DNA of 64,000 nt from Lama glama (Eukaryota): positions 19,408,001-19,472,000 of the forward strand of contig CM052832.1 in the NCBI GenBank assembly GCA_028534125.1, read 5' to 3'. Positions 37,531 to 49,360 of this stretch are shown here, piece by piece. Both the position numbers and the translations under genes were made by a program. The first letter of the stretch is position 1, and every line of letters starts with the position of its first letter. The notes beneath the pieces are model-generated. The model worked only from the letters and a program-made list of their open reading frames with translations. It searched no databases and was not told the DNA's origin.

Positions 37531-38449
37531 CCATCTGGGTAGCTCTCTGTAAAATGTAATGAGAGAATGACTGCATTTTTCCAAACATTGTACTTTTTTT
37601 TTTGCTGTGCTTTTGTTTGAATTTAGGCATTGCAATTTTTTATGGTGATATTTAAAAATTGGAATTAGCTTGATTAGATCAGATTTGCTAATCAAACATC
37701 TCCCAGGGGCACAGAGATTCAGCGAATCTCTGCCTGCCACAGAATTCAGGCAAAGTAGATACACATCCTTGTAAGTGGAGGCATTTTATTTAAATTCAGG
37801 GAAAGGTGATAGATTAGGGAAAAGGCTTGCTTACTTGACTTAAGAAATCAGTATTAAAGCTGAGGTGCAATATATGGCTTTATGTGGGAAAAAACTGAAA
37901 AATTAATCTCCTTATAATTTAATAAAAACAAAATCATCGTGGTCAGATGGCCCCTGAATTGGTGCAGTGTGCTGCCGAGATAACAGCTTTAAGAAGATAG
38001 CACTAAAAAACGGAGGCTATTAAAACCAAACTGAGTTGATGAATTTTCCTCACTTTTTAATGTGAAATCATTCTTTGTGTAATGCTGTCGACACGATATC
38101 GGATTTTCCATTAATAGAGGATTTAAAAGCCACTTTGGATTAGAGATTATTTACATTTCTGATTTCCCACGTTAAATGGCAGGGCTTTAACTTTAAATCC
38201 GCTTCCGTCCCCTCAACAAAATTTTACGAAGGCTCGGTCTTCAGCTTCATGACAAATCCCTCTCCTGTTCACACACTCAGGCTGCTTACTCTCCTCTGTT
38301 TACTTTTTCTTGAGCTCTATTCTCTTAAGCTCCAAGCAGCAGAAATATCTGAATTTTTGGAGCTCCTTCTCTTCACTTGAGCATCCTGCTATCTGCCAGA
38401 AGAGTGAGTGGCTACACAGACATATAACGCTGGGCATGGTTTTGAGTAT

Positions 38450-41400
38450 AAACTTTTTGCTGACACATAACGTGTATATAGAAGAGTGCTCAAGTCATAA
38501 GTAGACATCTTGCGGGATCTTCTAAATTGGATAGACCTACATAACCAGCAGCCAGATCAAGGAACAGAACTTTACCAGGGCGAGATGTTTTTTACCCCTG
38601 ACACCAAATGTGTGGTGTCTTTTCCACAGGGTTTCTCCAACTCACCAACACCGACGAGGTGTCCCACAATTCAATTCAGTTCTGACTCTGTCTGCCCGGA
38701 ATTAGCATCAGACTCTGTAGGTTTAAGGGATCAGTCCTGCAAGGCAGTCCTCACTTCGGGTGCCAATAACAAGTATCAGGTCCCCAGGTTACCCTCACTT
38801 CTGTCTGATTTGGCTAGAGTGGGGGGTTTCTATACCACACTCCCACATCCCCCGTCCAAAACTCAGGAAAGTCTTTACTTGTGATTACTGGTTTATTGTG
38901 AAGGATACAACTCAGGAACAGCCAGACTGAGGAGACGCCTAGGGCGAGGTGTGAGGGGAGGAGCATGGAGCTTCCATGCCTTTTCCCAGCGTGCCACCCT
39001 CCCAGCATCTTGATGTGTTTCCCATCCCATCCTCTCCCAATCCAGCACTGTAGGGTTTCATCATGTAAACATGATTGATTGAATCACTGGCCATTGATGA
39101 TTAACTCAACCTCCAGGCCCTCACCCTTCCCTGGAGGTTGAGGTGGGTGCTGAAAGTACCAGACTTTTAATCAAGGCTTGCTTTCTCCATCAACCAGCTC
39201 CCCTCCTATAGCAATTTAGACTCCTGCCAAGATTCACCTCATTAGAACAAAAGACGTCACCCTCATCACTCAGGAAATTCCAAGGTTTTTAGGAATTCTG
39301 TGTCAGGAACCCAGGAACTGGGGACCAACACCTAATGCAGATCGTCCACAACCAGCAAGTCAGAAGCCCCCCCTCCTCCACCTTTCTAGACATTCCCCTG
39401 CTGAAGAAAACCATTATCCTGACTTCTATCATCATAGACTAGTTTTTCTTGGTTTTGAACTTTAAAAGATAGAATTATACACTATATTGCAACCTATTAT
39501 GTTTGGCTTTCATTCAAAATTATGTTTGTGAGATTTATTCATTTTGTTGCATATAACAATAGTTTGTTATGCTCGTTGCAGTATAGCATTCCATTGCTTA
39601 TTATTTATTTAGCATTGTTGATGCATTCCACAGTTGATGGGCTTCTGTGTTGTTCCCAGTTTGGGGCTTTAGTGAGTGGTGCTACTGTAAATATTTTGCT
39701 GTTTATCTGTTGGTGAACATGTGCAAGTACTTCAGTTGAATTCCTTGGTCATATGAGATACATATTTCCTCTTTAATAGATATTACCAAATAATGCTCCA
39801 AAGTGGTTGTATCAGTTCACACTCTCACCAATGTGTGAAAATTCCAGTTTCTACACAGCTTCCCAAGCATGTATTATTGTCAGTTTAAAGAATCTTAGCC
39901 ATTCTAGTGGGTGAGGAGTGGTATTTCATTGCAATTTTAATTTGCATTTTCCTGATGATTAGTGAAGTTGAGTGCCTTTTCATGTATCTTTTAGCTATTT
40001 TGAGATGTTTTTTAGTAACGTTTCTTTTCAAGTCTTGTGTCCATTTTTCTGTTGGATTGTGTGCCCTTTTCATATTGATTTATAGGACTTCTTTATAAAT
40101 GATTCACTTGTTCAATATGAAAATATTCTCTCCCATTCTGTGGTTTGTTTTGTCACTCTCTCAAAGACTTCTTTTGTAGGACAGAAGCCTGTAATCTCCA
40201 AGTCCACTTCATTAATTTTTTTCTTTAGCATTAATGTTTTCTTTGTCTATCCCCAGGACATTTATTTATTTAGAAGCGTGGTTGTTTTATTGTCTACTGT
40301 GAAAGCTACAGTCTGTCTAGAACTGATTTTTGTATATAGTATGAGTTAGGGGGTCAAGATTACTTTTCCTTCATGTGGATATCTAGTTGATGCTGTACCA
40401 TTTCTTGAAAATTCCATATCACTGCCCTTTGTCTTAAATTAGATGTTTATCTATGGGTGAATCTGTTTGTCGTCTCTATTCTGTTCCATTGGTCTATTAT
40501 TTTATCTTTGTGATACACTGTCTTAATTATTTTAGCTTTATCATAAATCTTGATACCAGTTAGTATAAATCTTTCAGCTTATTTTGTTCTTCTTTAAGAC
40601 TGTCTTCTCTATTTACCAGGTACTTTAAAATTCCTTTACATTTTAGAATCAACTTCTCTGTTTCCACAACTCACCTGCTGGGATTTTTGAATGGGATTGA
40701 ATTGAATCTACAGACCAATCTTTAAAATATTGAGTCAAATAGTACATAAACATAGTATGTCTCTCCATTTATTTGTCTATCTTAAATTTTCTCAGTCATG
40801 TTTTATATATATTCTGTATTATTTCTTATTAGATTTATTCATAGGTATCTTATGCTTTTTAAAATGCTGTTGTATTAAATTTAAATTTTATAATTATTTG
40901 TCACTGATTTATTAGAAATACAACTGATTTTTATATATTTGACATTGTTTCCAGTAGCAGTACTAAATTTAATTACTTGTAGTGATTTCTGTGGTTTCTT
41001 TTGGATTTTCTAAATTCAGTATACTTTCACTTGCAAATAATGATAGTTTTACTTCTTTCTTTTCCCTCTTATGTTTTTATACTTATGGTACAAATTGAAT
41101 AGAATTAGTGATAGCTGACCTTAATCTCAAGGAGAAAATCCTCAGTATTTCACCACTAAGAATGATGTTTATTCCAAGTTTTTGTACATTTTATCAGATT
41201 CAGGAGATTCTGTTTATTAGGGAAATTTCCTTTTTTTTTTCTTCTCAAGGGTTTTTGTTGTTGTTGTTTTAAGGTGGAATGTGTTTTGAATCCATCAAAG
41301 GCCTTTTCCATACCTGTTGAAATGACTTTTATAGTTTTCCCCTTTATTCTTTTAATGTGGTGAATTACATTGATTTTTGGATTTCAAACTAACTTCATTT

Positions 41401-41575
41401 TTGGAATAAATCCAAATTGTCTGTGATGTTTTATCCTTTTGATATCTCACTGCTGTAATTACTTAGACCTGGAGCTTTCCGTTTTGTGAAGTTTTAAATT
41501 TCAGATTCAATTCTTTAATAAGTGTAGAGATATTTATATCTTTTAATCTTTCCCAGTGTTAGTTTTGGTAAGTTA
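38450..41575 (-). mobile_element. Old L1 (L1MC/ME-type, 3' UTR plus ORF2 remnants), interrupted by an LTR at 38579-39350
   Basis: ORF 39885..40073 (NPTEKWTQDLKR...YMKRHSTSLIIRKMQIKIAMKYHSSPTRMAKI) is L1 ORF2p. The 3' UTR text continues on both sides of the LTR. Confidence 0.9.
38579..39350 (-). mobile_element. MER21-family (ERVL-class) solo LTR nested in L1
   Basis: MER21 motifs (caattcaattcagttctgac; ttactggtttattgtgaaggatacaactcagg; catgattgattgaatcactggccattg). 5-bp TSD ACCAG at 38574-38578 and 39351-39355. Confidence 0.85.
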
Positions 41576-41689
41576 TGGGATTTTAGAAGTATTTGACATA
41601 GTCATGCCCTCACTGGGCTTGTGACCTGCTGGAATCAGAACCTGCCCCCCAACCCCCCAGTACGGGTGCAGTAGGAAGAAGGAGATAGT

Positions 41690-42250
41690 CATTATGGGCT
41701 GAAATAGTTTTGTAGAGACCCTGGAATTTGATCTGAAATTTGAAAGGATGTGAGTTTTGCCTGAGCAAAAATCCAGAGGCAAGAAAGCTTAACTACTCTG
41801 TGTTTGTATTTCAGAGACCATGCTAGCTGGAGGGAACAGTGCTAGTTAGCACAGTGATGGTAGCCTGGTCCCTAGAGGCAGGCTAGGTCAGATCATCAAG
41901 GGCCTTACATGTCAAGTTAATGTGTTTAGAAATTATCCTGCAGCTACCAAGGCGAGGTATTGGAGATTATGAGTGTGCACAGAGTAGTCTCATGTGATGA
42001 ACGTAGTGTTTTAGGGAGAATGGTCTGATGTTGGTGTAAAGGGTGGAATTGGTAGGAGTCCAGAAAGGCCCTGGAAAAAATTATGTGATTTGAGATGATA
42101 ATGTGCATAGTAAGGTGGTAACAGATTAATGAGGAGGATGAGATAAGGTAGATTCAATGATAACTCAACAAATCCAGCCTAGATTTTTCAGAGACCAGTG
42201 GTGCTATTGACCGATATAGGAACGTAGGGATGTGGAACAGAATTTGGACA
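41690..42250 (-). mobile_element. L2 remnant
   Basis: ggctaggtcagatcatcaagggcctt...gtgttttagggag...gtggtgctattgaccgatataggaa, an L2 antisense pattern. Confidence 0.55.
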
Positions 42251-43954
42251 CAAGGTGTCAGAATGGTGCCCAAGAGCAGAGAGTGGGAAGCAGTGCTGTA
42301 CTGATGTGGATTAGCTTAGGCAGGCTCTCATGGAAAGGGCATGGGTGGTGACACAGGTTTGGGGAGGTGTTCAAGTTGGTGGGTGGAAGGAGCTCGCCCA
42401 AAGTTCTCTTGAAGGTAGCAGAGTTTCATGAGATTTCTGATGACTTCTGTTTGCCATGCCAGCTGTGGAAGCCAGTGTAACCTAACATTGCCTCTCAAAT
42501 CCCATAATCGCTAACGTAACTGACAAAAACCAATTAGCAGTAATAGTAGCCCTGGTAGTAACAAGCAAAAAGCACGACCCTGCTAAATCACACGTGAAAT
42601 TCATTTGTGACCATGGGGTTCAGTTGTTAAAGGAATAATCTGTGCTGCATGTACGCTCTTGTTCTGAAAGTTCCCCCGCAAACATCCAGTTTTGCCTTAA
42701 CAAGGACAATTTGCTAACGAAACAGAGCAAAATCCTGAACTCCAATTAGCCAGTGCTATACCAGAGATTAATAACACTTTAGACCTCCTGGAAGCGACTT
42801 CACATTTGAGCCTCTTCCTAACTGTGTCATGGCAACAACTTACAAATTTTAATAATAGATGTCCTCTTTGAGAAATTGCCTTTCCGTCTGCTGTGGAAGT
42901 TTTTATGATTAGAGCTATACCTCTTCCCTTGCCGTTGTTTTTGAGGCATTTATGTTACCATTTTTGCTTATTAGTAATGGTTCAAATATTTTCTAACATA
43001 GAGCAATTAATATCTGTCAGTAGAAATAAATTACATTTTTCATTGCTTGTGACACACTCTCACATGCTGTTGGAAAGTGCCATAATTATGCACCATCATG
43101 CTATGTAATTTTGGTGCCTGGTATAGCAGTGCTTTAGGGTGTGATTTATGTTTTCTGGATTTTTTTTTAGTGCTGAATTAATAGGATGGGTGTAAGGATT
43201 GGAATGTAAGTTGGGAAATGATATTTTGCAGAAGAATTTGTATTATTTCCATTCTGAAGCAGTCAGTTTTTTAGAATTGTTCACATATTTTATATATATT
43301 TGTGTATGCAAATTGTACATATTATGATGGTACCACCAATAACTTTTTCCTTATAGTACTAGAAGGCACAAAATGCTTTTAAAAATTGAATGCATGGAAT
43401 ATATGTATGTTCACGACATATCTTTTATTGCTGTAAGGAAGACGTGCACAATATTTGCAAAATTGTTACCTCTGTGGGGTTCCTTTGGTCCTTGCCTGTT
43501 AAGCACAGTGTGGCCACTCTGGCCCTGTACCTTAGTCAGCTGTCAATACTGGCAACAGACAAGGACATGTGATTCAGTCCACCCTTTGTTGACCCTTGGC
43601 CCTATTATCTGGACTTGACACTCTGACTCCGGCCTCTTGGCTCTGGGTTAGCTGTTTGCACTCACCCCTGGCTCGGTGGATTCCAACTTCTTTTTGCCAG
43701 TTGGTGTCCTTCACCACTCAGCCCCCACCCCTACCTCTGAATCCCTCAGGTGAAAGATTATCTGATGAAGAGGATGGGAGAGGAAGGCTGCCAGGAACTG
43801 GGGTCAAACCCAGCAAATCACAGAGCACTTGAGCCTACCAGTAAAGCCTCTCAGATTACACTTATGCTCAAAGTACAGGCCACTGTGATCAGTGGCTGAT
43901 GAATGGGCCCACTGCTGTCTTCTCTCATTGCTACATGGTCATTCTAAAAGTGAG

Positions 43955-44951
43955 TGAAGGGGATCAACCCATCACCCCAATATATGCCACTTTGGCACAA
44001 GATTTATTTTGAACTGAAGGCCATTGAGAAACAGGACATCAGAGGAACTTTCTGTCCTCTTCCTTTCTGTGTAAAAACAGAGCCTAAATTTCCATGTGTG
44101 AAGTTGTCTCCCTCTCCCATACCAGGAAGAGAACAACTCTTAATCACCCAGGAAGGCTCTTACCACTGGAGATGGCACTGACTTAAGATGGTATCAACAA
44201 ACCTCCATTAGTTTCAGCTGTATATTTACCATCCAGCAATTTACCACCCCTAGAAGCCCCAACTCCTCCTCCTTTGTCTAGTCACTTTTCTACAGTTTAG
44301 CATTTTTTGTTAAAATGGTATATAAACCGCTAGTCCCAACTACTTTTTTGGGTTTTCACTTCTTTTCTGTGAAGCCTCCCTGTGCATGTGAATCAACCTT
44401 TTCCCCTGTTAATTTTGTGTCAGTTTAATTCACAAACCCCAGTCACTAAACTTTAGAGGTGTTGACGGAAAAAAAAAAGGAACATGAGAGTTGTGAGTTA
44501 AGTTTTATTTGGGGCAAAATGAGGACCACAGCCCTGGAGAGAGCCTCTCAGATAGCTCTGAGGAACTGCTCCAACAGTAGTGGGGGAACGTCAGTGCTAT
44601 ATATGATTTCAGTGAAGGGGGGTGTGTGCAGTCATCCATGCATTTAGGCAGAGGCTTGCTGCTAGGCAAGAAGAGCAGATATCACTATTAAAGATTTTAG
44701 TGCTTTTCTAGACAGGAGGAGATGCAAGAATTTGGGCTCCTGAAAATATCTAACTGTCTGAAGGCCTGTTTTGCCAGTTTTTCCCAAAGCACAGAGTGCC
44801 TCATTCCTGATCTCCACCCTGAACTCCTTTCAGGGAGTTTGAAGGTCAGTGGCTGTGATGGCTGGTGACTTCATTCTTATGGAAACAGATGGCAAGTGAC
44901 AATTTTTTAGTTGGCAGAGGGGTAGAGTAAAAGTTATTTTTCCTCCATACG
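43955..44951 (+). mobile_element. MER34-like ERV1 solo LTR (host), split by a nested LTR
   Basis: Starts tgaagggg...caccccaatatatgccactttggcac...ttattttgaactgaaggccattgagaa, has a TATA box (ggtatataaa) near 44320, and resumes after the insert with ggtagagtaaaagttatttttcctccatac. Confidence 0.82.
44460..44916 (-). mobile_element. ERV1-class solo LTR nested in the MER34-like LTR, 457 bp
   Basis: TG...CA termini (tgttgac...agttggca) with a perfect 4-bp TSD GAGG (44456-44459 and 44917-44920). Minus-strand AATAAA near 44504. Confidence 0.9.
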
Positions 44952-46359
44952 TAATGTATTTCATCCTGTTAGATGATAATCAGTGATCTGACTCAGAAGC
45001 AGGAAGAAAAAAGAGCTTTAACTCTTAAAATTACAATTTAAGTAATATTTCCCCTTAAATGTAGTTAACATAAAGGGAAATGAGGTCGGGGAGGTGGGTA
45101 CAAGAATCAAGTCCATCTCCAAGCACCGGGCTAAGCGCACAATATTCTTGAGAAATGTGGTCCTCAAAATATTTGGCAGTCCTTTCAATGAAGTGTCTCT
45201 CCTTAATATTTTTGTTCATTACTCGGACACTTTTGGTTGGGTTTATTTAGGTTTGGATAAAATGCACACAGGGGTATAATGGAGATAGATACTTAAAATA
45301 TAGGCTTTTTGCAACTAACACATCCACCCCTCATCTTGAAACTTCTGAACTTATTCCTTCAGGAAAGGTTACATGACTGTGTGTCACAGCAGCTCAGCTG
45401 TGAGCAAAGTTAGGGCTTTACTGTTGGAAAAATTTAGAAGAGAAGCTATATTGAACTTCTCAATTGAATACATTTTAGAAAGTATCTTAGTGAATAGAAA
45501 ATTGTCTTCCAACACGAAACTCAAACCATAAGATCCCTAAGTAGAATTTTAGTAATTTATACTAGTTAAATAGGTTTCAGCAAGTCTAGCTTGTCTCCAC
45601 GGAGCTGTGATTGTAGCATATTTTTAATTATGGAGGTATTGAAAGCAGTCAGCTCACATTAACTTTCTTTTAAATAGAATCATAAAGCAGAGCCTTTCTC
45701 TGTGCTAATTCCTGTGTTTAGGGAATCACCCAGTGTACTTAAGTGAGTCACTTCAGAATGAATGGCTTATTGGAGGATTGAGTTTTATGATATTGAAAAA
45801 GAAGAATGGAAATCAAAGTAGAAGGAATCTTCGAGATTATGGTCACCTCATTTTACACCTTTCTATTTCATGCCTGAAAACAAATACCTAAGATGATTAA
45901 ATGCAGAAAAGAAACTAAAGCTTTTCACTGGGTGGCACGTTGGTAATTGGCAGTTACAGTCTTAAAGGAGTAAGGCCATTAGGTTAATTGGCATAATGTG
46001 AAGACAGATGCTTTATATTTTCAAACATCTTCCTAGCTGTTCCCTACTGAGCTCCTACTTTAATTTAACATGTATGCAGAAGTTCGTATTATGAAAATGT
46101 TTATAGTCATTTTTCTTTGTTGTGTGTTTTATATGAGGTGAGTTGACACATCTTTGTATATGGTTCAGTCACCAATATATGGAGGCCCAGGCATGTAGTA
46201 GAGAGATGTTTCTGCCCTCAAGGGAATTACAAATTAAAAATTGCCTCTTAGCGTCTTAATATTCCAAAGGTCACTATGTGACCTTTGCTTAAATCACATA
46301 TCCCTCGCCATTTGAACTGGTTTTTAGCAAATTGTGCCTAACATTGATTAAGGACTTCA

Positions 46360-46560
46360 GGGTGCCAGGCACTATACTGTCTTTATGCATGTGGTATAAT
46401 TTAATTTTCATAACAGTGCCATGAGGCAGCTGCTGGCTCAGTCTTGCAGATCAGGAACCTGAGACCTGAAGAGGTTCAAAGCACGTAACTTGTGTGTGAG
46501 GCCCTAGATCTGGTGAGGGAGCGGGTCCAGGCTGGAACCCAAAGCCAGCTCCGCAGAACT
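46360..46560 (-). mobile_element. MIR SINE
   Basis: gtgccaggcactatac...atttaattttcataacag...cctgagacctgaagaggtt...ggaacccaaag. Confidence 0.6.
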
Positions 46561-48364
46561 CCTGCATGCCGTGTCTTGCGGTAACAAGGATGGCTAAATT
46601 TTCTGAGCAGCTCCTTAATGCTGGTGTTCTGCAAAGCACTTTGTGACATATTTTCATAGATTACCCACAACAGCTGAAGGTGTTTCATTTCCAATCTGGA
46701 AACTGAGCTGAAGAAAGATTAAAGAACAGACTTATGATCATACAGCTTTTAAGGGACAGAGCCGCATTTCAACACAGATCACTCTGGCTCCAGAGCCCTT
46801 TGCTGCACCTGTGTTCCAGACTGCCCTCCTTTAAACCAGTTTCTCTTTGTGTGTGCTGACGATGCATAACCAGTCCTCAGTTGAACTGAAGAGAGCCCAG
46901 TATATGTTTGTGAGTGACTGAGTGGAGTTTTATTTGGGAAGTTTGGAGCACTCACCTTCCTCTCTTTCAGTATCTGCTTCCCTTCTTTAGCACATGCAAC
47001 TTTGGTGTGCCTCATCTTTAGAGGACTAGAGCCCCCCAACTATCTCCTGTTCCTCTCCCTCCCTGATAAAATTGCCTGTTGAAAAGACTACAAGCTCAGT
47101 TGCACCAAGTTAAAAAAAAATAGTCTCATTGTTTGGCACTTGCTGAGATAATTTTCGTGAAATTCCAGGTAGTAGGCACTGGCTAGAAAAACATTTTTCA
47201 TGGGGTTTTCTTGGGATTATTCAAAACATAACTGTAGTTGACTCCCTTTACATGTATTAAGACAAGCCTGAGCCTCGATAAGCTGTTTCACCAGATATTT
47301 TAGTTGGGGTTACCTTTTTCTGTGGATATACACTTCTGATTTTATAATGAAAATGAGTGAGAAACTGGAACTCATTTCACAACAGTTTCTCTTCGCTTCA
47401 TTATGTATGCTTCATGGAGAAAAGCAAGAGGAAGTATATACACGTTTATAGGAAAGATGAGTTACTTAGAAAACAACCTTGTGATGAAAGGTCAGAGCGA
47501 TTCCTAGTCACCTCCTGTAATTTTATAGTGGGTAGATTTTCTGTCCTTTTCCCACCACCCTTATTTACTTTTAAACCAGTCTCACTGGTTTAAAAAAGGT
47601 TTTTTTTTAAGAAAAATCTTTCGATTAGGCTTCTTGGTTCCAAATCTTTGTGTACTTACTTGTGTTTACATCTGAACTGTTAGAAGCAAACAGAGACAGT
47701 CACCATTTCTGGATTTTCCTTTCAAGATCTTAGGAACAGTAGCAGATTTTAACTGTTAGCAGCAACATAATCCATTCCCTTTGAAGTCTTCTGGATTTTA
47801 CTTTTTAGAATGAAAACGTTCTGTTTATGGCAACTCTTTGCTTCCAAAGCAGAAACATTGGTTGTCTGTTTAGAGGTCTTTTGGATGATACCATATGCTG
47901 ATGACAAGATGAGTTCCCTTTGGCAGGAAGCTGCATAATAAGCCTTATTAATGATCATTATAGGTGTAAGTTCTGAAATAAACACAGGCATTGAGACTGG
48001 AAGTAAATATTCACTCAAGTGATGAAGCAGGTGGTGAGGACACATGGAGTTTTATCTCTAGACCTCTGTCTGTCTCTCTCCTGACCTCTCTTCATTGCCC
48101 ACTCTGCCCCGACACCCAGCCCTGTGGTTTTGGGTTGCATCTCTCTGCTTTCAGAAGCCTGGAATTGGATTCCTGCCCCATACGATCTCCAACTCATGGC
48201 AGAATCAGTCATGGATCCAGTGACAACTTGGTCCAGCTCATGGCCACAGGCCCTGCCTGGGCCTTCCATCCAAACTAGTCCTCAGCCCCACATAAGCTGC
48301 AGCCCTTCGCCACAATAGGCAAGTGGAATTTTGTCATTCTCTGAATAATGATAACGATAACAGT

Positions 48365-48590
48365 AGTAATAATAATAGTCAACACTTGTAAAATGCCAGG
48401 CATTATTCAGGCACTTTAAATACACTAATTCATTCAGTCCTAACCACCCCATGTGGTCGGACCCTTAATTAGCCTCGTCCTACAAATACGGAAAGTGAGG
48501 CATGAGTAGGTTTGGTGACGTGCCCAGAATCACGCAGCTAGCAGGTGGAGGAGCCTGGGTTAAACCTGGTCTGCCTGACTCTGCAGAGGT
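48365..48590 (-). mobile_element. MIR SINE
   Basis: aataatagtcaacactt...tgccaggcatt...tacaaatacggaaagtgaggcatgag...gtgacgtgcccagaatcacgcagctagcaggtggaggagcctggg. Confidence 0.8.
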
Positions 48591-48894
48591 GTGCAGTCTC
48601 ACGCCAGACCTGGCTTTGGTTCCCATCACAAAGGGGACAAGACTTGGTTACCCAGCAGGGGTGGAGTTTCCCCCAGCTACTCCCTTTTTCTGGATGGGGA
48701 ACTCGTAAGCCCAGGGTTTCAGCCCTACTCTCCACCTGTTCTGCTCTTTGATTACTGAGAGGTTTAGCTTGTTTCTGAGTCCGGCTATCTTTAATTTTTC
48801 TCTCTCATTACTTTGTGTTTAGACAGAGGAGATACCTCAGAGGATAGACTCCCCCACTGTCTTGACTGGAAATCTGCAGTCCCTTCTCAGTGGA

Positions 48895-49360
48895 ATATAT
48901 TCATTCATTTAATCCTTCACTCCTTCATTTGTTCATCCATTTCTTGATCACCTGCCTCATCCAGCTCTGTGCTGCGTGGACAAAGGGCAGTGCCTGTCCT
49001 CAGGGAGTTCAGGGTCTCCGTGCTGTGGTCAATACTGTAACAGATGCGTGGCTCTGCCTGGGTGGGTGGGTGAGGAGGGAGGATGGGGACAGGTCAGGGA
49101 AGACTCTAGAGCTGAGGCTGAGATAAACCTTCTCCAGGTAGACTAAGAGAAGCAAGATATTCCAGGCAGAGAACGGGCACGTGTCCAGGCTCTGAGACGC
49201 GGGTGAATACAGTGAATTGGGGGCTGGTCAGTAAAGTGATGGAATGGGGTGGAAAGACACGAAGTTGGAAAAGGAGGCCACACATAGAACTCAAAGGACA
49301 ACCAAGACCTGGCTAAGGAGCTGGGATTTCATTTTGTAGCTGATACAGGAGCCATTAAAT
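48895..49360 (-). mobile_element. L2 3' remnant
   Basis: attcattcatt tail repeats followed by cctgtcctcagggagttcag...tccaggcagagaacgggcacgtg...gctaaggagctgggattt. Confidence 0.65.

Noticed and set aside
42823..42836. RFX X-box (tgtgtcatggcaac)
   Set aside because: Only the right half-site matches GTTGCCATGGCAAC well. Such half-sites are common and cannot be supported without conservation or ChIP data.
26458..47496. Exact 16-mer gtgatgaaaggtcaga occurring at ~26458 and 47481
   Set aside because: About one such match is expected by chance in a 64-kb self-comparison, and the flanks do not align.
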